This document shows, piece by piece, positions 20,411-29,300 of a stretch of DNA of 43,469 bases. The notes beneath the pieces are model-generated. The model had not been told where the DNA came from. It ran no database searches and saw nothing but the letters and a program-made list of their open reading frames with translations. The stretch lies in the sequence record ON470584, one strand, 5' to 3'. The translations under genes and the position numbers were made by a program. The first letter of the stretch is position 1; each line of letters starts with the position of its first letter. Source of the DNA: Escherichia phage vB_EcoM-689R6.

Positions 20411-20659
20411 TCAATTTTGATTATCAATGATTCTGATATCTGACTTATCCCTATTACATTGAGCCAACGCGGATAACAAACTTACATTCAAATCAAGACT
20501 TGCACCATACGTCAGTGGGTTGGGTATAAACGGTACAGGTGTATCAGAAGTCAAGCTGACTGGTAGTGGAGTCTTCGGAATGCTCACGTAAACTGTTCGC
20601 GTACTTCCACAACCGGTCAGCAGCGGCAGCAGGCACAGGGCGTACAGCACAATCATCAT
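20411..20659 (-). CDS. Rz1-like outer-membrane spanin lipoprotein
   Basis: Internal start MMIVLYALCLLPLLTGCGS has a signal peptide and lipobox LTGC, followed by a Pro-rich mature region; in a different frame overlapping the 3' end of the Rz-like gene. Confidence 0.55.
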   Translation of the reverse strand: MMIVLYALCLLPLLTGCGSTRTVYVSIPKTPLPVSLTSDTPVPFIPNPLTYGASLDLNVSLLSALAQCNRDKSDIRIIDNQN

Positions 20660-20936
20660 CCGCAACAGCCACTTTGATATCAGCCTGGGTTCTCTGTGAC
20701 TCCAGTGCGATCTGCTGTTTTGCATGCTGGTTAGCCTCCAGAACTGTATTGACGATTTGCAGTGATTGCAGGACGTTATTGGTAATAGCGGTTGCCGATT
20801 CGGCATTTTGTACAGCCTCATCAGCACGTTTCTTTTCGCGCTGGTATTTGCTGTGGTAGTGGTTAGCTGACCAGACGAGAGAACCGAATAAAGTCAGGAG
20901 GAAAGCAGAAATAACCAGCTTATAGCGAAGTTTCAT
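20544..20936 (-). CDS. Rz-like inner-membrane spanin
   Basis: Start at MKLRYKLVISAFLLTLFGSLVW gives an N-terminal TM helix then a coiled-coil-like charged region; immediately after the endolysin gene. Confidence 0.7.
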   Translation of the reverse strand: MKLRYKLVISAFLLTLFGSLVWSANHYHSKYQREKKRADEAVQNAESATAITNNVLQSLQIVNTVLEANQHAKQQIALESQRTQADIKVAVADDDCAVRPVPAAAADRLWKYANSLREHSEDSTTSQLDF

Positions 20937-21396
20937 TAACCACCCCGCCAGCTTCTTTGAATTTGGCAATCAGACTATCGATCTTGTGTTCATACTGACC
21001 GTAGCCAGCACCGGGCAATGAAGCCCAAATATTGCTGCAACGGTCGATTGCCTGACGAATATTGCCACGGTCAATCATCGGTAAAGCGCCACGCTCTTTA
21101 ATCTGCTGCAGAGCTACAGCGTCCTGGCTTTCTGGAGAAAAATCTTTCAGGCCAAGCTGTTTACGGTAAGCATCCCACCAGCGTGAAAGAAGCTGGTAAC
21201 GTCCGGCGGCTGTTGACTTGAGTTTCGGGTTTAGCGTGACAAGTTTGCGAGGGTGATCGGAGTAATCAGTGAAGAGTTCACCACCGACAATAACGTCATA
21301 ACCGTGGTTACGTGTCGGTTGTCGTCCGTTATCCGTTCCTTCTGACCAAGCCACCATATCAAGGAAAGCTTTACGCTGGGAATTTAGTACCTGCAT
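20920..21396 (-). CDS. Endolysin, lambda R-like lytic transglycosylase
   Basis: 158 aa; MQVLNSQRKAFLDMVAWSEGTDNGRQPTRNHGYDVIVGGELFTDYSDHPRK... is near-identical in pattern to lambda R as I recall it. Confidence 0.85.
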   Translation of the reverse strand: MQVLNSQRKAFLDMVAWSEGTDNGRQPTRNHGYDVIVGGELFTDYSDHPRKLVTLNPKLKSTAAGRYQLLSRWWDAYRKQLGLKDFSPESQDAVALQQIKERGALPMIDRGNIRQAIDRCSNIWASLPGAGYGQYEHKIDSLIAKFKEAGGVVNETSL

Positions 21397-21399
21397 AAA

Positions 21400-21726
21400 T
21401 TACTCCTTAGAGCCACCAAATTTGTTACCGATTACTCGCATTGCAGCCCCACGAATAGCATCGACACCGATCAGCCCCACCCCACCACCAATGGCAACAG
21501 AAAGTGATTTAGGCCATCCGACATACTCAAGAGCGGATGCAAAAGTCAGCGTCAGAGCGCCACAGAGTAGAATTTCGAGCGTTTTTCGCTTCCAGCCACC
21601 ACCACCGCCAAAATAGGCGATGCGCAAACCAGCCATAACGATCGACATAATCACTGCACCCAGCGGTGTGTCTCCACGCCACCAGCTCTGGACCAAGTCC
21701 AGCCAGGTATTTGGGTTATGAGGCAT
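21400..21726 (-). CDS. Holin
   Basis: About 108 aa from the Met at 21726 with three hydrophobic segments and a charged C-terminus; directly upstream of the endolysin gene. The ORF track extends to 21822. Confidence 0.6.
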   Translation of the reverse strand: MPHNPNTWLDLVQSWWRGDTPLGAVIMSIVMAGLRIAYFGGGGGWKRKTLEILLCGALTLTFASALEYVGWPKSLSVAIGGGVGLIGVDAIRGAAMRVIGNKFGGSKE

Positions 21727-21862
21727 TTCGTCATCTCTCACCTCGCGATATTTGCGGGTGCTGTGTTGGAAATAAAAAGGCCACGCAACGTGGCCACCAG
21801 AATTATTTCCCCACCAGTTCACTTACCTCTTTCACCGTCTGATTAAACCGCTCTGACTCAAG

Positions 21863-22177
21863 TTAAACACCTAACGCCCGACGCCCCAGCGCCATTGCTG
21901 CTTTTATTGTGGAACCGAATCCCATAAAGAAATCAGCAACCAGATCACCAGGTCGACTACTGGCATTGATTATTTGCCTGAGCATATCCGCCGGTTTCTC
22001 GCACGGATGTTTACCCGGGTAGAACTGAACGGGCTTATGCGTCCTGACATCGGTATAAGGCACGGAGACTGATACGGAGAAATAGCGCCGGTGAGATTTA
22101 AACTCATCCAGCAATTCAGAAGATTTGCAATTCAGTGAATCATGAGATACCACCAACTGGTGGTAGGATTGTCTCAA
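21863..22177 (-). pseudogene. Remnant of a DNA methyltransferase (motif I region only)
   Basis: 104-aa ORF containing HPCEKPADMLRQIINASSRPGDLVADFFMGFGSTIKAAMALGRRALGV, which matches the C-terminal HP-x-x-KP ... D-F-G-GS AdoMet region of beta-class N6/N4 methyltransferases. No catalytic DPPY motif is present and the reading frame ends early. Confidence 0.45.
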
Positions 22178-22345
22178 CTAGTGAGCTTTATACATTTAAG
22201 TGCGATGCACAGATAATAACCACGCCAATGGAATATCACACACAAAATTGATAGAACACTAACAATAAGCCACAAAATAATTCACAATTTATTTTTACAG
22301 TGGATAAGTAGCAAAGTAGTGAATGTGAATAACGGCTAACTAAGA

Positions 22346-22376
22346 TGAAACAAAAAGCCCCACAATATGTGGGGCT
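22346..22376 (-). terminator. Rho-independent terminator
   Basis: Perfect 9-bp stem AGCCCCACA/TGTGGGGCT with 3-nt loop (22356..22376), followed on the minus strand by a T-rich run. Confidence 0.5.
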
Positions 22377-22434
22377 CCTTCGCGATTTATAGTAAAATAA
22401 TCGATTCTCTAGCTGAAAAAATCTTTAAAAATTA

Positions 22435-22620
22435 TCAGCAATACGCAAGTTTTTTACCGTCATCCGGTACTAGTTTGATCACTACACCAGGATTCTTACG
22501 CTCTAACATCTGAGTTTGACTCCATGTAATACCAAAGGTTTCCATTGGAGATGCATTGCCAGCAAAGAGTTCGGCGACGACTTTAGCTGCCTCAATCTCT
22601 ATCTGCTCATGATGTTTCAT
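22435..22620 (-). CDS. Hypothetical small protein
   Basis: 61 aa from the Met at 22620 (MKHHEQIEIEAAK...), preceded by AAGGGG at suitable spacing; followed by the terminator hairpin. Confidence 0.4.
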   Translation of the reverse strand: MKHHEQIEIEAAKVVAELFAGNASPMETFGITWSQTQMLERKNPGVVIKLVPDDGKKLAYC

Positions 22621-22811
22621 AAAAATCCCCTTGTTCAGCACTAAGCTGTAGTTGCTTCTTTGAAGCATAAAGGCAACAAAGTTTGTTACCTGAAGATGTA
22701 TAAAGTAAAGCGTAGTACATTTTGTGTGTGCTTTGTGTGGATCCAGATTGCATCAACTAAAAGAGGTTTTCAATACTTTTGTAATGATTCTGGAGAAATT
22801 AAGAATCTAAC

Positions 22812-23354
22812 TCACACTGATTGGTTAGGTAAAACGCTCCTAAGCACCATTGCGCAACCACCTCGTTCGTAATCAGCAATGTACTCAAAACCACTTTCAG
22901 TATAGTATCTTATTGCCCCATCAACTGGACTAACTAAAGCTATCGAATCAATAGATTCACCCTGAAGGTTCAGAAATCGTGCATATGCAGAGAAGCAATC
23001 CAAAACGATACCAAGCATCTGATGGTCTAGGTCTTCATGTGCATCATTACGTTTTTCCATCCAGCAAATATGCACCGCATTTTTCGGCTTACAGTAACAC
23101 CCAAATGCAAATCCAATAGGCTCCCCACGATAATAAACAACTAGTTTTATCGGGTGTTCTTCCATCATATCCATAAACACTCGCGACTTTAGTCCGGGAT
23201 CCCACCGCAGTTTATTGTTAGCCTTGAGGAACTCCATATCTTTTAGTACCAGCTCGTCGGCATATACGAGCCCTAACGACTTATGAGGGAAGCGCCCTTT
23301 TAAATACTCTGCAACATTTTTAAATACTGCTGTTTGGAAGGCTTGAAACATCAT
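22812..23354 (-). CDS. Hypothetical protein (AT-rich cargo gene downstream of Q)
   Basis: 180-aa ORF in an AT-rich block between the Q/terminator region and the lysis genes. Weak, unverified resemblance to an acyltransferase-type fold (IRYYTESGFEYI). Confidence 0.5.
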   Translation of the reverse strand: MMFQAFQTAVFKNVAEYLKGRFPHKSLGLVYADELVLKDMEFLKANNKLRWDPGLKSRVFMDMMEEHPIKLVVYYRGEPIGFAFGCYCKPKNAVHICWMEKRNDAHEDLDHQMLGIVLDCFSAYARFLNLQGESIDSIALVSPVDGAIRYYTESGFEYIADYERGGCAMVLRSVLPNQSV

Positions 23355-23432
23355 GTCGATCCAGACGAGACGAAAGTTTAAATTCTACCTACTCGCCGAA
23401 TACCATTTCAATGCCACACATCTAAAATTCCG

Positions 23433-23460
23433 AAAAAAAAACCGCACATCAGCGGGTTTT
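23433..23460 (-). terminator. Candidate intrinsic terminator downstream of Q (tR'-like position)
   Basis: On the minus strand, hairpin CCGC-TGATGT-GCGG followed by nine consecutive T; lies about 100 bp downstream of the Q gene stop. Confidence 0.4.
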
Positions 23461-23565
23461 CTACTTTTTATTAAAGCCGGACACACAATGCCTATCATTG
23501 AGATAATATTATCCATTTTTTTTGAAAAATGCAAGCATCATGTCGCCATTTTCGTCGAAAATCAT

Positions 23566-24318
23566 TCATCTCGTCACTTTCCTCAATTGTGTCTCAGCAT
23601 ACGCTTCTTCCTGCCAGCACTTTGTAACCAGTTTATCAATGACATCTGCATATCCTTTGTACCACTGATAATCCGTCAGGTCTGGTACCAGCTTCTGGAC
23701 ATGAAGCCGCGCCAGTGTGGTTGGTAAACGGCTAAACCGGTTTCCATTGCAACGCCCACAAACCTTATAAACAGGCGTGCCATGAAGCCGGGTTCTTTTT
23801 TCATCCAGGACAATACCTTTACCCTTACACCCTCTGCACGCTGTGCTGACTTCTCCCTTACCATGACAATGCTGACACAGTTCCTTCACCCACTCTTCCT
23901 TGATAACAGATTCCCCGCTTCTGGAGTGTTTCACCACCTCGCGCAATACATCATGAAATCCAGTACCAGCACAATGCTCACAGCGAGCCTTACTTGCCGC
24001 AGACCTGGAATAATCAGCAAAGGCAAAATTCACAAGGTAAGGAATGATCTGTAGCCGGGTTTCTTCACTCAATTTGTTCAATGTCGGGTTATCCAGTGCC
24101 ATCGCGTAATTGAGCAGACCTTCAATCGCAAACTGAGGATCCTGAACACCAACTTTTGCCAGGAATAAGGCAAACCCAAGCGGTGCTTTCGACTGCACCA
24201 TCCCCTGCGCAGCCATTACATCCGTAATTGTTAAACCACCAGAGCCTGTCGCCGGTGCGTCATCGCTCAATTTTGGAGATTTTGGGGAGTAATATTTCGG
24301 TAAGGCTTCAAGGTTCAT
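23566..24318 (-). CDS. Late-gene antiterminator Q-like protein
   Basis: 250 aa with Cys/His-rich region (CEHCAGTGF...CQHCHGKGEVSTACRGCKGKGIV...CGRCNGNRF); positioned upstream of the terminator and lysis cassette. Confidence 0.7.
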   Translation of the reverse strand: MNLEALPKYYSPKSPKLSDDAPATGSGGLTITDVMAAQGMVQSKAPLGFALFLAKVGVQDPQFAIEGLLNYAMALDNPTLNKLSEETRLQIIPYLVNFAFADYSRSAASKARCEHCAGTGFHDVLREVVKHSRSGESVIKEEWVKELCQHCHGKGEVSTACRGCKGKGIVLDEKRTRLHGTPVYKVCGRCNGNRFSRLPTTLARLHVQKLVPDLTDYQWYKGYADVIDKLVTKCWQEEAYAETQLRKVTR

Positions 24319-24331
24319 GCTCGTTCTCCAC

Positions 24332-25327
24332 TTACGCCAGTACGCCTATTGCCAGCGCACGATCGATAAAACGAAATATCAGCTCCAGCTGGGAGCCATA
24401 CATCTCTTCAAATGCCACGGTATCCGCATGCAACTCGTCGTGATGCTTTCTGCACAAAGGCAACACAAAGAGGTCATGCGCTTTTGTACCCATTCCCCCC
24501 TGACCGTGGCCTATCAGGTGGTGGGGATCATCAGCAGGCTTTCCACAACATGCACACGGCTGTGTCTTAACCCAGCGCGTGTACTTTTCATTAACCCAGC
24601 GGCGACGTTTTGGGCGTAACATAAAAGACTCCGGCGACTCCGGATCCACTTTCAGCGCCAGCACCTTTTTCGCCTTATCCTGGATGATGCTGGTGGCAGG
24701 AACCGAAGGCACAAGGTCACTTTCCCGGGTAACAGACGGCACAACAGGCTTCGGTAATCTCAGTGCCTTACGGGCTGCACTTTCCGGTAAGGCATCCGCC
24801 AGATCATTACGAATCAGCCACCAGCACAGTTCCGGCATTGTCACAACGTGACTGTCATCAAAACCGAGATCCCGACGCACGACAGATAACACCCACCGGA
24901 CACAGTTATCCGTTGCCATTGATTCCAGCCGTTCCGTGAACTGATCGCGCAGCTGGTTATCGCAGTGCCAGCACAGACGGATTGCGCCCGGCGCGTGTCG
25001 CATTGTGGTCATGTTCTCGCTGTGCCAGTCGGAATGAGGCCACTGGCAGCCTTTTTCACGAAGTAACCAGCTTTCAAGACATTCCACGCCACCAGCACGA
25101 CGGATCACTGCCTCATTGCGGAACACGGCCCGAACGGCAGGATCATCCGCCAGCGGTTGTGATGCCGCCGGAACGGCACCACTGGCGAAAGATGAATAAC
25201 GCTCCGGCTCAGGCTCCAGCAGGACACGCCCCTGCATAAACAGGGGCATCAGCTCTGAACCTGGCCTGAACAATACGATCCCCATACGCGGGGCAATTTC
25301 AGGGGTCAGTAGTGCTCTCACGGTCAC
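24332..25327 (-). CDS. DUF968-type protein with C-terminal HNH-like motif
   Basis: 331 aa; C-terminus CACCGKPADDPHHLIGHGQGGMGTKAHDLFVLPLCRKHHDELH; nin-region position. Confidence 0.6.
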   Translation of the reverse strand: MTVRALLTPEIAPRMGIVLFRPGSELMPLFMQGRVLLEPEPERYSSFASGAVPAASQPLADDPAVRAVFRNEAVIRRAGGVECLESWLLREKGCQWPHSDWHSENMTTMRHAPGAIRLCWHCDNQLRDQFTERLESMATDNCVRWVLSVVRRDLGFDDSHVVTMPELCWWLIRNDLADALPESAARKALRLPKPVVPSVTRESDLVPSVPATSIIQDKAKKVLALKVDPESPESFMLRPKRRRWVNEKYTRWVKTQPCACCGKPADDPHHLIGHGQGGMGTKAHDLFVLPLCRKHHDELHADTVAFEEMYGSQLELIFRFIDRALAIGVLA

Positions 25328-25328
25328 C

Positions 25329-26138
25329 TCAATGAACGGTATCGAGCAGCTTTAACAGCTCAGGGAATCGGGATTCGAAGAAATGCGGCTGCGTCTCGCG
25401 CGGATTTGCGGGACTGGTGATGTTCTTGCCGAACATGCAACCTTTCGCTGTCAGCGACCAGAATTTTTTGATGTTGTTAATCGCGGTACGGCTGTATCGT
25501 TCGCGCTGCTCGACGATCCCCAGTTTCACCATCTGGTGATATGCCTGATTAGCCGTCAGGCGTATACCATACTGTTTCAGCAGTGCACTCAGTGACAGTG
25601 TCGGGCGACTTGAGCCATCGTGTGCATCAGCAGGAGCATCAATGGCATAGCGCGGTGCCAGATTCGGTAAGCCAACAGCCTCCTGGAGTTTCTGACAGGC
25701 ACCAAGCACTGAAGAGTTAGACAGGTTTAACTCCCGGCGCATAAAGTCCAGCAGGATCACGCCAGCCTGCATCTTGTCAGCAGCCTGTCCGGATAATTTT
25801 TCCGGTGCGCTGGTTACCATATCGAAAGTACGGATCACCTTCAGATGGAATGACGGGCTGATCCACATTGCATAGGCATACACCAGTTCCTTGCAGACAT
25901 ACGTTCCCCGTTCATTTCCCCCATGAATCACACTCACCGGGTCAACACCCAAATTCTGGGTGTTGGTCAATTCATGAACAAGCTCAACAGTTTGTTGGCT
26001 GGAAAGAAACTTTCCCGGCTCCTTGGTTCTGGCATTTGCACCAGATGCTACTGCTGCGCGATGCAGATCGTTCAGGCTGTAACGCCCATAAGCATCACGA
26101 CGAACTTCAATACCATCAATGACCATCAGATTATTCAT
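25329..26138 (-). CDS. KilA-N domain protein
   Basis: 269 aa; N-terminus MNNLMVIDGIEVRRDAYGRYSLNDLHRAA is typical of a KilA-N DNA-binding domain. Confidence 0.6.
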   Translation of the reverse strand: MNNLMVIDGIEVRRDAYGRYSLNDLHRAAVASGANARTKEPGKFLSSQQTVELVHELTNTQNLGVDPVSVIHGGNERGTYVCKELVYAYAMWISPSFHLKVIRTFDMVTSAPEKLSGQAADKMQAGVILLDFMRRELNLSNSSVLGACQKLQEAVGLPNLAPRYAIDAPADAHDGSSRPTLSLSALLKQYGIRLTANQAYHQMVKLGIVEQRERYSRTAINNIKKFWSLTAKGCMFGKNITSPANPRETQPHFFESRFPELLKLLDTVH

Positions 26139-26157
26139 ACTTCGTTTCTCCTCTTAA

Positions 26158-26547
26158 TCAGGCAGCTGCACCCGCCGTTTTCTCGTACTTACTGATAGTG
26201 ATCTCGACCTTCCCTTCCGGGATAACCGGTCCCCACTCCACCAGCATTCTTTTCACCTGACTGTCGTCTTCCCACACCCCCGCGTGGGTCAGGGCGTCAA
26301 ACAGCGCCTTGTTATAGTTGTCCAGATCGCGGATCCTGTTATCCGGAGGAAACAACACGATCTCCACTGAAGCAGGTGCCGACGTTGGTTTCGGCAGACG
26401 ACGTAACTGCTCAACTATTGCTGCGTACGCCGCGCTCTGGAATTTTCGCCCAGCCGCGCTTATCAGGCTCTTACCAGCAAACGCCCCTTTGTTGGGGTGT
26501 CGCCAGTACGTGTTCACGCTGGGCGGAAAAGGCAGGATCAGCTTCAT
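26158..26547 (-). CDS. rusA: Holliday junction resolvase RusA
   Basis: 129 aa with RusA-like pattern (LPFPPSVNTYWRH ... RDLDNYNKALFDALTHAGVWEDDSQV); overlaps the upstream gene by 4 nt. Confidence 0.8.
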   Translation of the reverse strand: MKLILPFPPSVNTYWRHPNKGAFAGKSLISAAGRKFQSAAYAAIVEQLRRLPKPTSAPASVEIVLFPPDNRIRDLDNYNKALFDALTHAGVWEDDSQVKRMLVEWGPVIPEGKVEITISKYEKTAGAAA

Positions 26548-26870
26548 ACTTTCAGGCCCCTCTCATGTAACCAGTGGGCTGCACGCAGCCTTGCGTTTTC
26601 CTCACCGGCAAGCAGTGAGCGGATAATCCCGACCGCCTCGCTGTCGTCGTCCTTCACCGCAGTATGAAGCGTGATGCCCCGGGCCACGCCACGCTTTATC
26701 GTGATGACGCCTTTTTTCTCCAGTGCGCGAAGATGCTCCACCGCTGCATTCACTGAACGGTATCCCAGCATGGTTGCCACCTCCTGATTGGTTGGCGGGA
26801 AGCCACGTTCTTTCTGATAAGAAATCAGCATATCCAGCACCTGCTGCTGGCATTGAGTTAACGTCGTCAT
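26544..26870 (-). CDS. LexA-type winged-HTH DNA-binding domain protein (no peptidase domain)
   Basis: 108 aa; LTQCQQQVLDMLISYQKERGFPPTNQEVATMLGYRSVNAAVEHLRALEKKGVI matches the LexA N-terminal DNA-binding domain consensus. Confidence 0.65.
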   Translation of the reverse strand: MTTLTQCQQQVLDMLISYQKERGFPPTNQEVATMLGYRSVNAAVEHLRALEKKGVITIKRGVARGITLHTAVKDDDSEAVGIIRSLLAGEENARLRAAHWLHERGLKV

Positions 26871-27520
26871 GCCGCCATCTCCCTGACCAGTTTTTCTGCC
26901 TGCTGGCGAACCTGCGCCAGAAAGGCCTCACCACATGCCTCAAGTTCATCGCGCCCGATGTAGCTGATTGCCGGTCCCTTCCAGGTCTTGTCGAAAACAG
27001 CAATAGCACCAGCGAAGAAAGCGCCTGTCGGCACCTGCTTCTCATCCTTCGGGATAAACCAGGCAGGCAGTTCAAAACCAATACGCCCGCGAATAAAAGC
27101 AATATGATCTGCATCTTCCGGCCACCACACTTCGCTGGTGGCAGCTTTGATCAGGAAAACATAGCGCCCGCCTTTATCACGCATGGCACTGGCATGCTTC
27201 ATGATGTAACGCATGCCGGTGATGTATTGCCCCTCATGCTGACTGGCGCGGCTGTATGGGGGATTACCAAAGGCAGCACCTTTAAGCTCCGCAAGGCGTT
27301 CTGACCAGTCATGCGCCAGCGCGTTGTCTTCCGCCGTGTAATACGCAGCACATTTGGCGTTATCACCGTCAGTGAACAGATCCAGAACAAACGGGCCAAA
27401 CAGGGTGTTAATTCCCCAGAAAATGTTGTCCGGCGTGCGCCACTGATCGCCCACTTCCTTCAGTTCATGGGCTGGTTTGTTCCGCAGTTCCACCAGCGCC
27501 TGGCAATATTTATTACTCAT
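26867..27520 (-). CDS. Phage-type DNA N6-adenine methyltransferase (Dam family)
   Basis: Catalytic NPPY motif (AAFGNPPYSRA); start at 27520 (MSNKYCQALVELRN) overlaps the upstream stop by 1 nt; 217 aa. The ORF track extends to 27553. Confidence 0.8.
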   Translation of the reverse strand: MSNKYCQALVELRNKPAHELKEVGDQWRTPDNIFWGINTLFGPFVLDLFTDGDNAKCAAYYTAEDNALAHDWSERLAELKGAAFGNPPYSRASQHEGQYITGMRYIMKHASAMRDKGGRYVFLIKAATSEVWWPEDADHIAFIRGRIGFELPAWFIPKDEKQVPTGAFFAGAIAVFDKTWKGPAISYIGRDELEACGEAFLAQVRQQAEKLVREMAA

Positions 27521-28014
27521 TAAGCCCCCACGTAATTCCCTGAGAGATACCACTCTTCACCTGATGCAGCCCGCTTACTGCTTTTCCGTAAACACCGTTC
27601 ACGACGCGCCAGAAAATTGTTTCGTTCTGGCTGGGAGTGGCTTTCACGGAATGCCGCCATCCACACCGTTGCAGCACGACGGTATAAGCCCCTGGACTCC
27701 AGTTCTTCCGCCTGGCGGGTCAGGCACAAAATCACCCGGGGATCGTTAGTGCCGACATAGAAATTGCGCACAGGTCTGGTTTCACGAACTGGTTGTGGTT
27801 CCGGCTCCTGCGCTCTCTCAGTCAGGCGCGGGAAATGTCTGCGTGTATCTCCTTCACAACGGTGAGCCACACGCCCACTCTGACGTAACTTGCTTGCAGA
27901 CTGCAGAACGCGCTGCCGTGAGTAACCTGCAAAAGCATCCGCAATGTCTCCGGAAGTACACCCCGGATGGGCTTCAATGAATTTCTGAACGTCATTTAAC
28001 AGACTCATGATCAC
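27520..28014 (-). CDS. PerC-like transcriptional regulator homologue
   Basis: 164 aa; the segment AEELESRGLYRRAATVWMAAF resembles the conserved core of PerC/Pch-type regulators as I recall it. Confidence 0.45.
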   Translation of the reverse strand: MIMSLLNDVQKFIEAHPGCTSGDIADAFAGYSRQRVLQSASKLRQSGRVAHRCEGDTRRHFPRLTERAQEPEPQPVRETRPVRNFYVGTNDPRVILCLTRQAEELESRGLYRRAATVWMAAFRESHSQPERNNFLARRERCLRKSSKRAASGEEWYLSGNYVGA

Positions 28015-28952
28015 CCCCTGAATCCTGCCGGGATCTGGCTGTAGTCCACGTTGTCGTAACTGGATTTGAAGTACGGGTCTTCGCGTTTTTCGGTGTACGT
28101 GCTGACGGACGGTGATAAGCGCAGGGAAAGCTCATCCCATTTTTCCCGCAACTTCGACGGGCTGAGCACGTTACGGCACCAGAACGGATCGCGGCTGACG
28201 CGGCTGTACATCTCGCAGATTTGTTTGTGAGTACGACCATCCTGTACACACATCAGGCGAATTTCGTTTGCCCAGGCTGTCCAGTTCGGTTCTTTGGGAC
28301 GAACCACCTCGCCGTCACATTCGGCGGCTTGCTCGTACAGGGCGATGATTTTTTTCCAGAGCCACTGTGCGCAGGTCAAATCATCCTGCGTTCCCCACTG
28401 GCGCTTTTTAGGGCTGAATACAACCGCATCAGGATGGCGAGTTAAAAAATCCTGTTCATCCGTCTGCGTGTCCGGTTGCGAAGCGTCCGGACGAGAAGGT
28501 TTTTTATCTGACGGATCATGTTTTGATTTTACTGACGGATCCCCGCCAGATTCTGACGGGTGAAAACCCGCTTTTTTGCCAGATTTCGACGCATCAAATT
28601 TTGACGGGTCAGATTTTGATGCGTCAGATTTTGACGGGTCAGAATCTGACAGTTGAGAAAATGCCGCTGCCTGAAGCTTCGCAACGTTAAGCTGATAAAC
28701 ATTCGACGCATTGCGGTTACCCTGGCGACGCGCCTTACGCGTTAACCAGCCTTCTGCTTCCAGCCGTGCGATAGCCGTCCTGACGGTACTCATCCCCGCG
28801 CCAATCTGACGGGCAATAGTTTCAATTGATGGCCAGCACACACCTTCGTCATTACTGAAATCAGCCAGGCGGGCCATAATTGCCACGCTGGATAATTTCA
28901 TGCCTGATGCAGCGCAACCATCCCATACATAGCCGGTTAATTTAGTGCTCAT
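28011..28952 (-). CDS. Replication initiation protein (O-like, N-terminal HTH, internal iterons)
   Basis: 313 aa; N-terminal HTH-like region; central low-complexity segment SDSDPSKSDASKSDPSKFDASKSG encoded by direct DNA repeats; first large gene after the cro-proximal small genes. Confidence 0.65.
   Translation of the reverse strand: MSTKLTGYVWDGCAASGMKLSSVAIMARLADFSNDEGVCWPSIETIARQIGAGMSTVRTAIARLEAEGWLTRKARRQGNRNASNVYQLNVAKLQAAAFSQLSDSDPSKSDASKSDPSKFDASKSGKKAGFHPSESGGDPSVKSKHDPSDKKPSRPDASQPDTQTDEQDFLTRHPDAVVFSPKKRQWGTQDDLTCAQWLWKKIIALYEQAAECDGEVVRPKEPNWTAWANEIRLMCVQDGRTHKQICEMYSRVSRDPFWCRNVLSPSKLREKWDELSLRLSPSVSTYTEKREDPYFKSSYDNVDYSQIPAGFRG
28509..28652. repeat. Iteron-like direct repeats (probable replication origin) inside the replication gene
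   Basis: Roughly seven copies of a ~15-bp unit (TCAGATTTTGACGGG and variants such as CCAGATTCTGACGGG, TCAGATTTTGATGCG) in tandem. Confidence 0.55.
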
Positions 28953-28961
28953 GACCGACCT

Positions 28962-29300
28962 CTATTTCCCTGAATTTACGACGAAACTGTTCGAGCGGGC
29001 TGAAGCACTCATGCTCATAGCCTTCGCGGAGGTAGATAACTCGTTGTGTTTCCGGCTCCCAACGAATGACTCTGACGGGCACTCCGTAGTGATCTTTGAA
29101 CCAGCGGTTAACTTGTCGCAAAGGACTGTCTCCTTCTGCCGGTTGAAATCACCCACAGCCCACTCAGCAAAGCTGTGGGTTACAATTTCCCTGTCACCTG
29201 GTACATTAACTGCATAGCAATACTCCACCTTCGCTTTTCCACCCGGTACAGGAAGCGCAATCAGTTGCGAGCGACGGTAGTGTGTTGTTAAACTGTTCAT
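28962..29300 (-). CDS. Hypothetical early-operon protein (e14 YmfM-like position)
   Basis: 112-aa ORF whose start overlaps the upstream gene stop (ATGA). Confidence 0.4.
   Translation of the reverse strand: MNSLTTHYRRSQLIALPVPGGKAKVEYCYAVNVPGDREIVTHSFAEWAVGDFNRQKETVLCDKLTAGSKITTECPSESFVGSRKHNELSTSAKAMSMSASARSNSFVVNSGK

Noticed and set aside
22178-22434. Searched for tRNA genes between Q and the lysis cassette, as found in some Stx phages
   Set aside because: Region is AT-rich with no cloverleaf-compatible sequence or T-loop motif; only a terminator hairpin was found.
22812-23354. Assignment of the 180-aa cargo protein to the GNAT acetyltransferase family
   Set aside because: Only a loose resemblance in one segment and no clear acetyl-CoA-binding motif; left as hypothetical.
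28509-28652. Possible CRISPR array
   Set aside because: Repeats are about 15 bp, contiguous without spacers, imperfect, and inside a coding sequence; they fit iterons.
28529-28711. 60-aa ORF with repeated QNLTRQNL pattern
   Set aside because: Alternative-frame reading of the iteron DNA repeats inside the replication gene; the periodicity comes from the DNA repeats.
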